From Amoeboaphelidium occidentale (lineage: Eukaryota): DNA of 42,128 nucleotides. A program made the translations under genes and the position numbers. The notes under the pieces are model-generated. The model did no database searches. It was not told where the DNA came from and saw only the letters and a list, made by a program, of their open reading frames with translations. Below are positions 10,953-22,771 of this stretch, piece after piece; the first letter of the stretch is position 1, and each line of letters starts with the position of its first letter. The stretch is from the NCBI GenBank assembly GCA_023515795.1, contig JALGPX010000104.1, forward strand, positions 1 to 42,128, given 5' to 3'.

Positions 10953-12932
10953 TTAACTTGCGTTTATTTTGTATGTATAAATGCTTCCGTCTGATGTTCC
11001 AGCAACAAGCAAATCATTGTGTGCGGTTAAAGAAGTGATTTTTGATTTTGAAGTCTTTGAAGGAATTAAATAACAACCATTCTGTAATCCAGTAGATGTA
11101 TCCCATACTCTTATATTCGAATCTTCATGACCTGTTACAATTATATGATCAAATCCTTCAACTGTTGTTATTGCACTTACTGCCGCTGAAGAAGTTTGAA
11201 TCTTACCAACTTGAACTCCATCCAATAATCTGAACATACATAATGCAGTACGAGTACATAAACACACTAAAAAATTACTTATAATCACCACTCCTATAGC
11301 TTCACTCTCAAACTCTACATCCCACTTCTCAGTACCAGTACCGTGAATCAACTTCAAACGATTATTTTTTGTAGCCACAACCAAGAATCCATCAAAACCT
11401 TCCATTCCAACCATTGTTTCTTGATCATAAATTGTCTTGTCTGAATGAACTTTCATGCCCATACACAGCACACTGGATTCAAATTCAAACCTCAAGAACA
11501 ACGGTTTCAATCCTTCCCTGTAAAACAACTGTACACTACCATCCCATGAACCAGCAGTAATCAAATGCTCATCACTAAGCACACAAGAAACAGCATCATC
11601 AAAAGAGAATAAAATCTTTTCATCAAAGTTCTTCAATTGGAATCTATACAAATTATTGTCCCAAGACCCAATCAATACCACAATTTCTTCATCTCCTTCC
11701 TTTGCTCCGTTAGAAGCACTATCGTTATGATTTTTAGGAACAACATAAATGGAAGATAATGCCATCGATGATACATTAAATGACCTGATTGCACAATCTA
11801 ATCGTGTAGAGTACACTTTCAATAATCCATCCTTTGAACCAACATAAACGAAATAACTATTACTGTTTGAATTTTGATCAGTCTTTACTGCTATCGATGT
11901 TACTTCTGATCTATGAATCACACAATTAGCCAAAGAGTCCAGAGTGAACATCTTCATGTCCTTCTTCTTACTATTCTCAAACACTTCCTTCTTTATCGGA
12001 GCATACTTGTCTTTTCCGTTTCCATTAGAATTCAAACTATCAGCAGAACCTGAATCCAAAGGAACTCTTGATGGATGCGGTGAAGTCCACAACTGTTTAG
12101 GACACTGACCAAATTCTCTAATTTGAACTTCTATTGACCTCCGCTCCAATTCATCCATTCCTTCTGTATCCATTTCACCACCCTGCACTGACAGTGGATG
12201 AAATACATTCAAAGCATCAATAGCAGCCTGACCTCTCTGCTTGTAACCAAATATCAAATCCAGCCAATGATGCAAATTCTCTGAAACATATTCACTCTCC
12301 AGTGCTTGCCTCATAATTTCCAGAAACTTTGTAGCTGAATTCCCTGCCCACGGTGGCAATTCAACATCCCCAACCCTCTTGCCATTCTGCCTAGTACCCA
12401 AATCCAATTCCCTATAATTAACCAAGAAACAACAATCTTGCTCATTAGTAGATAAAGGTTCATAGAATTCAGGTATCAATTCCTTAACATCAGCATAATA
12501 ATTCCCACGAGATACACCATTCCATGTTCTTTCAACAGAGAAAAACATTCGATCAGCAGCATCAAACCTGCCTCCCTGCAACAGAAACAAATACTCTGGC
12601 TTCTTTCTAACCAAATAATAAGAAACATAAGCAGGAGTCGAATAATGTGTTCCATACATGAACCCCATCTCCTTGTATCTTTCCTTCAGAGTCTTGATTC
12701 TATCTTGATTCAATGATCCAATATTCCTTGTTAAATCTCTATAAACTCCTCTATTTGCCAAATCAAGAGACTCTGAAGTATAATCTTGCAATACCCATGG
12801 AAACACTGGATACTGTGATAAATCCAATCTTGTCCTATCAGCAAAAGAATTACAAACAATCAAATAATCATAATTAGACAATTCTCTCTTTAACCATTTC
12901 ATAGTATAAAAAGACAAATTATTATGGGAAGG

Positions 12933-12966
<34 letters not shown>

Positions 12967-13660
12967 ACGAGAGATAAAGTTATTTGGGAACCTTTTCCTT
13001 GAGATTCCAATAATTCCATAAATACTCTAAAACACTCATTCCTATCTTCAACACTCCCAAAAACCAACAAGAGAGAAATCTTTTCTGTTGTTGTTGTTGT
13101 TGTTGTTGTTGTTACAGAAATTTCTAATGCAATATTCCTTAGTGAATATCTCCTCTTTTGAATATTCTCAACATTAATAAAATAATACTTTTCTTTAAAA
13201 CACTTTGAATTATAAATTATCCTCTTATTAGTCAGAGTCAATCTTCCTTTAATTGTATTAACAAGAGGAAATATTCTTTTACAATTAAAAAATTCTCTCT
13301 TTATATGTTCCTTATACTCCAATTCAGACAAATCAAAAGTGACGTCATCATTAGAAGAAGAAGAAGAAGAAGAAGTTAAATAATTCAACTTATTACCAAT
13401 CATCATCATCGTCATTAATTGTCTTTCTCTTTCCATATATCCAATCTGTTTAGAATTAACTTCAAATAATTCCATTAAATCTTTTCTTAATAGAAATAAA
13501 TCATCTCTTTTATGATTAAATGGAAAATAAAAATAAAATAAAAATAATTCCTTCTTCTTCTTCTTCTTCTTCTTCTCTTTTGTATTATCAGTACTTGAAA
13601 AAGTAGAAAAGTCAAGTTTGGTGTATTTCTGTGATTGGATGAGAAGACAATCCACTAAAC

Positions 13661-13693
<33 letters not shown>

Positions 13694-13994
13694 GTTGTTG
13701 TTTAACTATTAAACTCTTCTTCTTCTTGGAAGTATTTAAAACCTTCTTTTCTACTGTAATACTTTCCATATCAGAATACTTTAATTTAATCATTTCATTT
13801 CCATTAGATAAAAGAAAGTAAACACATTTTGAACCAACAAGTAAATTTCCCTTTAATTCTACTTCTACTTCTTCTACTTCTTCTACTTCTTCTTCTTCTT
13901 CTTGTAGTTGTAGTAGTAATAATAATATTGTAAGAGTACATGTTAAGTCTGCAAGTATTAATTCATTAGATTCCAAAAAGTAATGATACAACAT
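10953..13994 (-). CDS. PH/GRAM-BEACH-WD40 protein (FAN/NSMAF-like)
   Basis: BEACH motifs LSNYDYL, DLSQYPVFPWVL, YGTHYSTP, DVKELIPEFY, LHHWLDLIFGYKQRG and FGQCPKQL; C-terminal WD40s. Start placed at 13994 because the longer ORF overlaps RPN8. Confidence 0.88.
12932..13905. repeat. Cluster of coding trinucleotide microsatellites (TTG, GAA, TTC, CTG)
   Basis: Runs at about 12932-12965, 13086-13112, 13353-13375, 13549-13575, 13663-13700 and 13860-13905 encode polyQ/T/S/K/E tracts. Confidence 0.9.
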
Positions 13995-14120
13995 TTCAAA
14001 AGGATTTGTAAAATTCTGAAACAATGCAATTGAAATTTTGTCAGTAAAGGAAAAGAAACAATCCAATCTTTTCAAAAACAATCCAATCCAATCCAATCCA
14101 ATCTTCTTCTTCTTCCCAGA

Positions 14121-15176
14121 ATGACAGAATTGAAAAATAAAATCCCAAAAGTTGTCACCATTCATCCTTTAGTTCTCTTGTCTGTTGTTGACCATTACAA
14201 CAGAGTGGCAAAGAATACAACAAAGAGAGTAGTTGGAATATTATTAGGACAACAAGAGGGAGATGTAGTCAATGTGAGCAACAGTTTCTCCGGTAAGGTT
14301 TATTTTAAACTGTACCTCGTATAATCTCTTTCTTAGTCCCTTTCGATGAGGATGAAAAGGATGCTGCTGCCAATGTTTGGTATTTGGATCATGACTACTT
14401 GGAACAAATGTATCAAATGTACAAGAAGATTGCTGCTAAAGAAAAGATTGTTGGATGGTATCATTCAGGTCCAAAGTTAAGAAGGAATGATTTAGAAATT
14501 GAAGAGTATTTGAGAAAGTATATTCAGACTAAATCAGGTTCTTCTGGTGGTGGTGGAGGTGGTGGTGTGGGTGTGTTGGTGATTGTAGATGTGAATCCTC
14601 AAGTAAGTTCACTCTAGCCATAGTATAACTGAATCTTCTTAGGCTTCCGGATTGCCCACTAAATCTTATGTCGCTCTGGAGGAAATTCATGATGATGGTA
14701 CAAAGAGTTCAAGGACTTTTGCTCATATTCCTTCAGAAATTGTTGCAGAGGAAGCTGAAGAGGTTGGTGTTGAGCATTTGTTGAGGGATGTTACAGATTC
14801 ATTTCTGTCTAATACTTCCTTATCTACAAGAGTCAGTACTCTATTGCAGTCATTGAGTTATTTGAAGAGTCATTTGGTAGAAGTGGAAATGTATTTGCAA
14901 AAGGTTGTTAGAGGAGAATTGGAACAGAATCATGAAATCATGTACATGTTGCAGAATATATTTTCACAGTTAGGATCCACTTCTGAAGTTCTAAAGAAGG
15001 GATTGACTGCTAAAGTTAATGATGATTTGTTGTTGGTTTATTTAGGATCGCTGTCAAGGGCTGTTGTTTCATTGCACAGATTGATTGATAATAAGATTGA
15101 GAATCAGGAGCATGAGAGACAAGAGAAACAAGCAGAGAATAGTTCTGTTGTTGTTTCAGGTATTGAAGGAAAGTAA
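14121..15176 (+). CDS. RPN8: 26S proteasome lid subunit Rpn8/PSMD7; 3 exons
   Basis: [28 protein letters not shown] and [15 protein letters not shown]; introns 14293-14336 and 14603-14642. Confidence 0.96.
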
Positions 15177-15216
15177 AGAAGAGAAGGAAATATATTCAAC
15201 TTTTATCATTCTATTA

Positions 15217-17679
15217 TCACTTTTGGAATCCAAATGGTTTTTGTTGCTTATGCTTCCAAGTACTATTGCCATCCAATTCGCCATACTTTTTTGCCCATTC
15301 ACGCAATTCTTCAAGTGATTTTTGTTTTTCATCTATGCTTGAACTTATGGTTTGCAGTGCAGTGTCAAAGTGTTGTTTTTTCAGTATTCTTCTTTTACCC
15401 ATATCTGATGCAGAGGATGATGATAAAAGTAGTTTGGATTCTGGTAAAACATTCAAGACACCAGATTCTGTTATTAGAGTATCGCCTCTTTGTAATTCCT
15501 TGTTTTCTTCTAGTAGTAAATCTTTTACGGAATTCAGAGCTGCATGCATACAGACATTCTTCAGATCAGAACCAGAGTACATTTTAGTTTTTGCAGCCAA
15601 GTCATCAAGGGAAACGTCATCTGCTAATAGTTCATCTTTAAGTTGAACTTTTAGAATATCTCTTCGTTCTTGCTCTGTAGGAATATCCACTAGAATACGT
15701 CTTGGCATCCGGCGCAGAATAGCATCATCCAAATCGAATGGACGATTAGTAGCTCCTACAACGACAATTCCTTCATTCTTTGATACTAAGCCATCCCATT
15801 CAGACATAAATTCATTAACTACTTCTCTTTTAGTGGACATATTGTGGCCGGATTGTCTGGCTTCGAATATGGAATCCAGTTCATCAATGAATATCACACA
15901 TGGAGCTATTTTTCTTGCTAGAGTGAATATAGCCTTGACATTCTTTTCTCCTTCTCCAACGTACATATTAAATATTACACTCGCAGTGATGTTCATGAAA
16001 TTTGATCCACATTCTGATGCTAGTGCTTTTGCCAACATGGTCTTTCCAGTACCAGGAGGACCGAAAAGTAGTACGCCTGAAACAGAATCTTTAAGAACAC
16101 CATGCTGAAACAATGATGGTCTTAGTAGAGGCAGAGCTATTAGTGACTGTAAAGATTCTTTTGTCTTTTCTAGAGATGCAATGTCTTTGAACTTGACTCT
16201 GGCAGCTTCAGGAGTTACAATTGTTCCTAAAAGGCGTTTCTCGTGTGTATTCAGCTGATGATTATTGTCTTTGAGTTTCTTCATAATCTTTTCCATTGGA
16301 TTCAACTCTTCATACTCATTCGGAGCGAGAACAGAAACATTAGAGGATACCAAGCCTGCCTTGATTTTTATGGCCTTTTTTAAATCTTCACTTCTAATAA
16401 TACGTACGTTCTTTTCAGGGTTCTCTTTGAATCGTTTCATCATCAATCCTTGTGCCAATGTCACAACCTCCTCTGCTTCTTTTCTAGTGTACAATTTAGT
16501 CGAGAAATCCATCTCTTTTGGATCTGTTTTGACTTTCAGCCTTCTTCTCTTGCATTCTGATTCAAAAAGCGACTCATTATACTCTTCTCTTCGTTTGGCT
16601 TTTCCATTCAGAATCAAATCATCCCATCCATCGACACCAGAGCATTGCTCGCTAGATATGTTGACTGTAGGTAGATTTTTAACAAATCTTTGCATAATTG
16701 AAGCACTTGGAACTCCTGGAGCAGCAGGCGGAAGAAATGAAGCAAACTCTTTCAGATCTGGAGTCCAAGAAAATACAGTAACCACATTAGACGAGTTCAC
16801 ATTCTGCAAGCATTGAACGAACGCCTGCTGTTCATGGATGGACATTAAACCAACATCCGAAAAAAGCACAATTTGTCTTCTAGGCTTGCTGCTAAGATAC
16901 TTGAACAAATGATCCATTGCGACTTCCACGTGATCCTTTTCGTTTTTCTTCTTGTTAGGACTGTAGTATTCACCGGTAGGAAGTGCAATGATCGTGCTCT
17001 TTGAGTCTGTGGATTTAAAGGCAGTCTTCAATAAATCGACAAGCTCTTCTTTGGTATTGGAGTTTCCGTCATCCTCTTCATCTTCATTATTAACAGAAGC
17101 GGATACCACAGACACGAAACTCTTTGGGGAATTAGAATTCATTCCCATAAGTCTCAGTAAGTCTTTTCGGGTGATCACAGTTATATCAGCATCCACTTCG
17201 TGTGCCACGTTTAAAGCAACATTTCTTATAAACTCATTCGATCCAGAATTATTGCACTGAATAACAAAAGAATTCGGGAATGCTGAGCCGTTATCCTTTC
17301 TTATGCGATTATCGAACATGGAATGCGCAATTGTGTTGAGATACATTTTAGTTCCTGGATCCAAATACTTTTCTGCGGTTGGATTTGGGTCTTTGGCTTC
17401 CGTCTTATGATATTCGTTGAAATGTGGAAAGTAAGACATGAGCACTTGCTTGGGAAATTTGTCTATGCGACCATTCTCAGGTTCTGCTCCGTCAGGTGCG
17501 CCTGCAGAAAAGCTGAGCATGCGACCATGCCGTTGTCGTCTTCGTATAAGCCTCGTAGCCTTTCCAATAGGAGATCTTATTATAGAGCTATTGGTTCCAC
17601 TCTTTGCTGGGGCTGAGTAAAACAGTTTTTGTGCGAGTGTGCCGTAGTTTGTCCTTATCGTCCGTCTCGCCAACAACAT
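15217..17679 (-). CDS. Mitochondrial-type AAA+ ATPase (ATAD1/Msp1-related, long N-terminus)
   Basis: Walker A GPPGTGKT, Walker B IFIDELD, SRH ATNRPFDLDDAILRR; Arg-rich presequence from ATG 17679. Confidence 0.9.
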   Translation of the reverse strand: MLLARRTIRTNYGTLAQKLFYSAPAKSGTNSSIIRSPIGKATRLIRRRQRHGRMLSFSAGAPDGAEPENGRIDKFPKQVLMSYFPHFNEYHKTEAKDPNPTAEKYLDPGTKMYLNTIAHSMFDNRIRKDNGSAFPNSFVIQCNNSGSNEFIRNVALNVAHEVDADITVITRKDLLRLMGMNSNSPKSFVSVVSASVNNEDEEDDGNSNTKEELVDLLKTAFKSTDSKSTIIALPTGEYYSPNKKKNEKDHVEVAMDHLFKYLSSKPRRQIVLFSDVGLMSIHEQQAFVQCLQNVNSSNVVTVFSWTPDLKEFASFLPPAAPGVPSASIMQRFVKNLPTVNISSEQCSGVDGWDDLILNGKAKRREEYNESLFESECKRRRLKVKTDPKEMDFSTKLYTRKEAEEVVTLAQGLMMKRFKENPEKNVRIIRSEDLKKAIKIKAGLVSSNVSVLAPNEYEELNPMEKIMKKLKDNNHQLNTHEKRLLGTIVTPEAARVKFKDIASLEKTKESLQSLIALPLLRPSLFQHGVLKDSVSGVLLFGPPGTGKTMLAKALASECGSNFMNITASVIFNMYVGEGEKNVKAIFTLARKIAPCVIFIDELDSIFEARQSGHNMSTKREVVNEFMSEWDGLVSKNEGIVVVGATNRPFDLDDAILRRMPRRILVDIPTEQERRDILKVQLKDELLADDVSLDDLAAKTKMYSGSDLKNVCMHAALNSVKDLLLEENKELQRGDTLITESGVLNVLPESKLLLSSSSASDMGKRRILKKQHFDTALQTISSSIDEKQKSLEELREWAKKYGELDGNSTWKHKQQKPFGFQK

Positions 17680-17746
17680 CTTGAGTCGAAAGAAAGAACG
17701 CAATCAAGATGACTGTGATCTCTACATCCTTTAAAATCCGAGAAAT

Positions 17747-20136
17747 CTATTTACTATGCTTTCTCGAAGACTTGATATCGCTAGAATGTTGTCGCGATCT
17801 CTTCTTTCTATCTTTATCTCTAGTGTTCCCTTCTGATTTCCTCCTCTCTTCTAACTTTATGGCGGCTTGTTGTTCTTCTTCCTTTAATCTTTCTTTCCGT
17901 CGTGCTTCTTCCATTTTGGTATAATTCAGATCCATTATTGGTTCTAGCCGTCGTCGAAAGACAATGTACAGCGTTGCCACACCAATAACGATCAAAACAC
18001 ACATTATCAAGCTAATGATAATTGCTGATGTAAATTCCTCATTACTTGCAGAAGTTTTCTTATTTCCAAAATTATCACCATCTATAGATGTTGCGGCATT
18101 TAAAGTAGTTGACGTTTGCTGAGGAGGAACTGGAGGACCATTTCGAGAAAACTCGGTTGGAGACCATATGACACCACTCTTACTTCCGATGGAGATGACT
18201 TTATCTGCGGAACAATAAAGTCCAAGTAGATCGCTATCTCTATGACCAAGTAATACATCATCACTCCAGTTTTGATCAAGATTCCATTGGACTATCCTTC
18301 CATCGGATGTGCCTGTAAAAAGAAATCCTGCACATAGCGTAAAAGTAACAATAGGAGAAGGCCACGATAAGTCAGTAGAAGTACCATACATTATACCAGC
18401 CAAGGATAATGTATCTGTATCGTATTTGTAAAGTGGTAACGATGGTGATATCGGAATCAATGTGTTTCCGCTCAAGATCATACCTATCATTTTTTCGGAT
18501 TTAACTTGTAGTTTAGCCGTTCGGGAGCCGTTCAAGCTCCAGAAAATTAGCTGTGAGTTATCGCTTGCAGTGTACAGAAGACTGTCGTGCTTAATGATGG
18601 ATACAATGGAAGAATTATGACCAAGAAATGATGTTATCAAACGAGATGTTATAAATTCCCAATAATTTACAGTTCCAACAGAATCCCCAACAAACATTCT
18701 TGCTCCGTCAATAGTTATTGTAGAGATGTTATACGGCGTAGCTAAAATATATTACTCAGAAAATTCATGGAGTTTACCAAGCACAGAGTACTGAATATTC
18801 CCAATTGCGCTTCTGAATTCAACTGTTCCGTCATACTTTGCGAAGATCGTATAAGGCCCATCACATTTCAAATAATTGACCTGGCTAATTCCATTGTACA
18901 CTGAAGAGAACAGTTTTTCAGTGAGATCAAACAACCTCAAGTATCCCGAATCGTATAATATGTACATTCTTGACTGGAAATTCGCGGCAAGTAGAATGTT
19001 CTCCTTCCCTACTCATATTAGTCAGAGCATGTAAACTTACGATCATATGCAATGACATCATCAGTTACTGTGTCCCATTTTTGTAACGAGTTCAAAGGAT
19101 CCAAAGACGATAGGTATACGAAAGGGTTGGCAGCAAGGATAAATGAAAGAGGCAGAATTTGACCTAAAATTAATACTGACGTGAAGAAATCATACTTTGA
19201 AACTCCCTCACATATTGCAATGAAGGAAAATTCCACACTCGAATAATGTTATCGCCACCCGCAGAGTACACAAAGCGACCAGCACAGCTAATAAAGAGGA
19301 TACTATCAGGATGACCTTGCTATCAGCTATGTTAAAAGGTAATTTACCTCGATTAGAAATTCTTGTGAGCTGAAACGTGCTTAGTGAATAAGAAACAAGA
19401 TTATTTGTTGAGGCAACAGACGCCACCAAACTACTCCCATCTGAACTTATAGAAGCAGCTGTCATTCTTAGAACTTGAATTTTAGAAGTATGATCTAACA
19501 ATCTTACCTGAAATCTGCGCTCCGCTTCCAGAGTCTAAATCAATAACTGATATGGTTGATTCTTCAAAGCTGGCTGCGACTACTTTAGTACCAATAAATG
19601 TGACGTAATCACCGCAGCAAATCTGAGTAAATCCCAAACTGCCTCTGCGTATATTGACAATGACGATCTTTCCATTTGCTCCACCATACAAATTTTGACC
19701 ATCAGAGAACATGCTTTTCCAAGGGCCTCTCATATTATTCTGATATACAAGCTGTCCTGATATGATATCATAAACTCTTAGCGATCCCTGTGCGTTCCCA
19801 ATGTAAAGGTAATCATCGTCACAAGTTATGGCGCTGATCGAACCAATTCTGCCTTCAAAGTTCTGATAAGCCTTGAACAAAAGAAATACCTTCAAAATAT
19901 TTGATAATGTCTCCTGTTAGTAGATCATACATAATGACCTGTCCATTGTCTTTAGCAACGAAAATTCTATCAACCCTGACTATGAAACAAGTGATGGCAC
20001 TGTCCTCGACTAGACGAAATTCAGTGAATGGGATACTTTAATGGATACCCTCTCTAAGTATGACTTCATCAGCCCCAAGTGACCAAATAAGTTTATTGCA
20101 AATGAGGATTATAAAGAATAATGTGATCAGATTCAT
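17747..20136 (-). CDS. Type I membrane protein with extracellular WD40-like beta-propeller repeats (paralog A); multi-exon
   Basis: Signal peptide MNLITLFFIILIC...; repeats such as YLYIGNAQGSLRVYD, GHNSSI...LYTASDNSQLIFW and LFTGTSDGRIVQWN; S/T stalk, TM helix, charged tail; ORF pieces joined by short GT-AG introns. Confidence 0.75.
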
Positions 20137-20176
20137 CTCTGTGAAAAGTTCGCGTGAGACAACTGACGAAACCGTT

Positions 20177-22739
20177 TCACCTAACGCGCTTTGGAGACCC
20201 GGGTCTATCTTGAGACTTTGGCCTGGCACTTCTTCTCTTCTCTGATATCGGCCGACTATGGCGAGCTTTCTCGGCCTTCTCTTCTTTTTCCGCCTCGAGT
20301 TTCTTTCTTTTCACAGTCTCCTCTTCCTTTTGCTTTTCTTTCTTCTTGGCCTCTTCTAAATGTGTGTAATTGAGATCCATCACAGGGTCTAGCTGTTTCT
20401 TAAAACTAATGTATATCACTGAGATCCCCATAGTGACCAGTATTAACATTGTCGCGATAATAGCTGCTGCTGCCGAGTAATCTATCTGTTGGTCGGGATT
20501 TGAGGACTGACTTGCTAACCGATTAGTTGTGGTCCTTTGTGTCAATCTAACTGTTGTAGTGGTCCTAGTTGTTACTACTAATTGTTGAGCAGGAATTCGC
20601 TCAGGAAATTCAGAGGGGTAAAATGTTGCTGCGCTCTTAGAACCTACATAAACCACGCTTTNNNNNNNNNNNNNNNNNNNNNATTAGTTGTGGTCCTTTG
20701 TGTCAATCTAACTGTTGTAGTGGTCCTAGTTGTTACTACTAATTGCTGAGCAGGAATTCGCTCAGGAAATTCAGAGGGGTAAAATGTTGCTGCGCTCTTA
20801 GAACCTACATAAACCACGCTTTTGTCGGTGCAGTAAATATTAATTATATCTCCCAAAGGCTCAGAAAGCAAAATGTCTTCCGGCCAGTTTTGATCAACAT
20901 TCCACTGTTTCATCGAACCTCCAAGATCCGCTGTGAAAAGGTAACCCAAGCAAAACACAGCCGCAACAGTAGAATTTTGACGTAGCATGTCATCTTCTAC
21001 TCCATAGATCTTGCCAACTATTTCCATTTTCGCCATATCCCATTTAATAATAGGAAAGGTCTCATAAACTATGTACAGCATTCCATCCCCCAGAGTTATA
21101 TCAACGAAACTTGGAGCCTTCTGAAGCACTCTAGTAATCTCAGCACCGTTCTTTGCCCAGTAAATAATCAGTCCATCCACACTTGCGCTGAAAATGTTTT
21201 CCCCATAATCCAAGAACGAACGAATTTCAGATTCATGTGCTGTATAAAATCTAAGTATCGTTTTGGATTTGATGTCCCACCGTAGAATAGTTCCCTGCAC
21301 GTTTCCGGTAAATAAAGTATCTCCAGATATCATCATTTTTGTAATTTGTACTTGGTTTGCTACAATTTAATAGTTTACTAAAGCTATACTACCTTGATAA
21401 GTATTCAAGATTATGCCGTTTTTATCTCTAACTTCAACCTGGCCGTTACTTCCAGCGATAGCAATATAAAATAAGTTGCTGGTCATTGAAGTAACATGAA
21501 AAATATCTAAAATGTGAGCGCCTTTCTAAATAGATACCCTTGATCACTATTGATGTTCTAGAACTGTCTTTCTCATTTTTACGTAGGTATCCGGCATCGG
21601 ATATGTAATAGATATTAAACGGATCCTGTGAGGAATATAGTATAATTTCATCTCTGCCATAAATATGCGTTTGGTCTGACTGAGAATTCCATAACAACAT
21701 CGATGACTTGCTGTTCTCAAAGAGGGATATGTAGAGCCCTTCTTGTGATGCATACAAATTTGTAACGGGTCCGTTTTGATCTAAAAATCATCAGTAGCGA
21801 CATAAGCTTACGAGTAATTGAATTCAATACTGTCAAATTAGAAAATTCCCACATTCTTGTTATTCTGTCATCACTGGCAGTATAAATGTAATCATCTACG
21901 CAACTTATAGATGTGATCTTGGCTGGAAACATCAAGATTTTCAAATGAGTAAACTTACCTGCGTTGCTTTTGCTTCTTACTAATGTTCCATCTTGAATTT
22001 TGTGAATAGCAAGGTCTCGAGTTACAGTTCCGACAACAAGATGATCCCCATCTCCACTAACAGCTATTGCCGTAATCGGTTCCACTACAATATTACATTT
22101 AACATTGAAACCATACCATTAAAACTGTTCCCTTGGTTAAGATTCAACGATCTTACTTCAGTTCGACCGGTAGAGAGTCTTGTAAATATGATTCTTCCTC
22201 TAGACTGCAAAACGTAATCGCCACAGCAACGAACGGTCTGGAAATCTGTAGTGGAGCCGAAGTTGAACCAGTTTATGCCTTGCCTAATCGCACCATACAC
22301 ATTTAGGCCAACAGACACAAAATTAGACCAAGATCCATCGAACCTTCGGAAGAATATTATTGAGCTTGTATCAGCATTCCATTGCCTTAACATACCATTC
22401 ACTGTTCCGGTGTACACAAAAGAACCTGACGCAGTAATCGCACTGATCGTTTCAGACTCACCTATCGGATTTAGTCAACTTTTAGTGCTTATACATACCG
22501 TTTAGTGTCTTTATAGCTGTTCTATTAACAATATCATATTGAATTATACTTCTATCTGTCCTTGCTGTGTATATATACTCGCTTGTTACAGCAAATGTAT
22601 TGACGGCCAGTTCCTTGACTATCGCACAGATCAGTGATATATGATGTAATATCTTACTAGGCTTAATGACATATGCGCCAGCCTGAAGGCAAAGTATGGC
22701 CCGAAGGATGAATGTTATATGAAGTATTATCAAGATCAT
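20177..22739 (-). CDS. Type I membrane protein with extracellular WD40-like repeats (paralog B); multi-exon, spans an assembly gap
   Basis: Signal peptide MILIILHITFILRAILCLQAGA; repeats YIYTASDDRITRMWE, LFTGNVQGTILRWD, IFSASVDGLIIYW; Thr-rich stalk, TM, tail; shares CCGDYV, QWNxDQNW and MDLNYT with paralog A. Confidence 0.75.
20522..20822. repeat. Gap-flanking duplication (20522-20661 vs 20683-20822)
   Basis: 140-nt copies either side of an N run; one visible SNP (attgttgag vs attgctgag). Confidence 0.9.
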
Positions 22740-22771
22740 CGTTTCTTTTTCCGAACTATTTGCTTGCAACG

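Noticed and set aside
13995..14165. N-terminal extension of the 1070-aa BEACH ORF
   Set aside because: Overlaps RPN8 exon 1 on the opposite strand and crosses promoter-like repeats; ATG 13994 is more plausible
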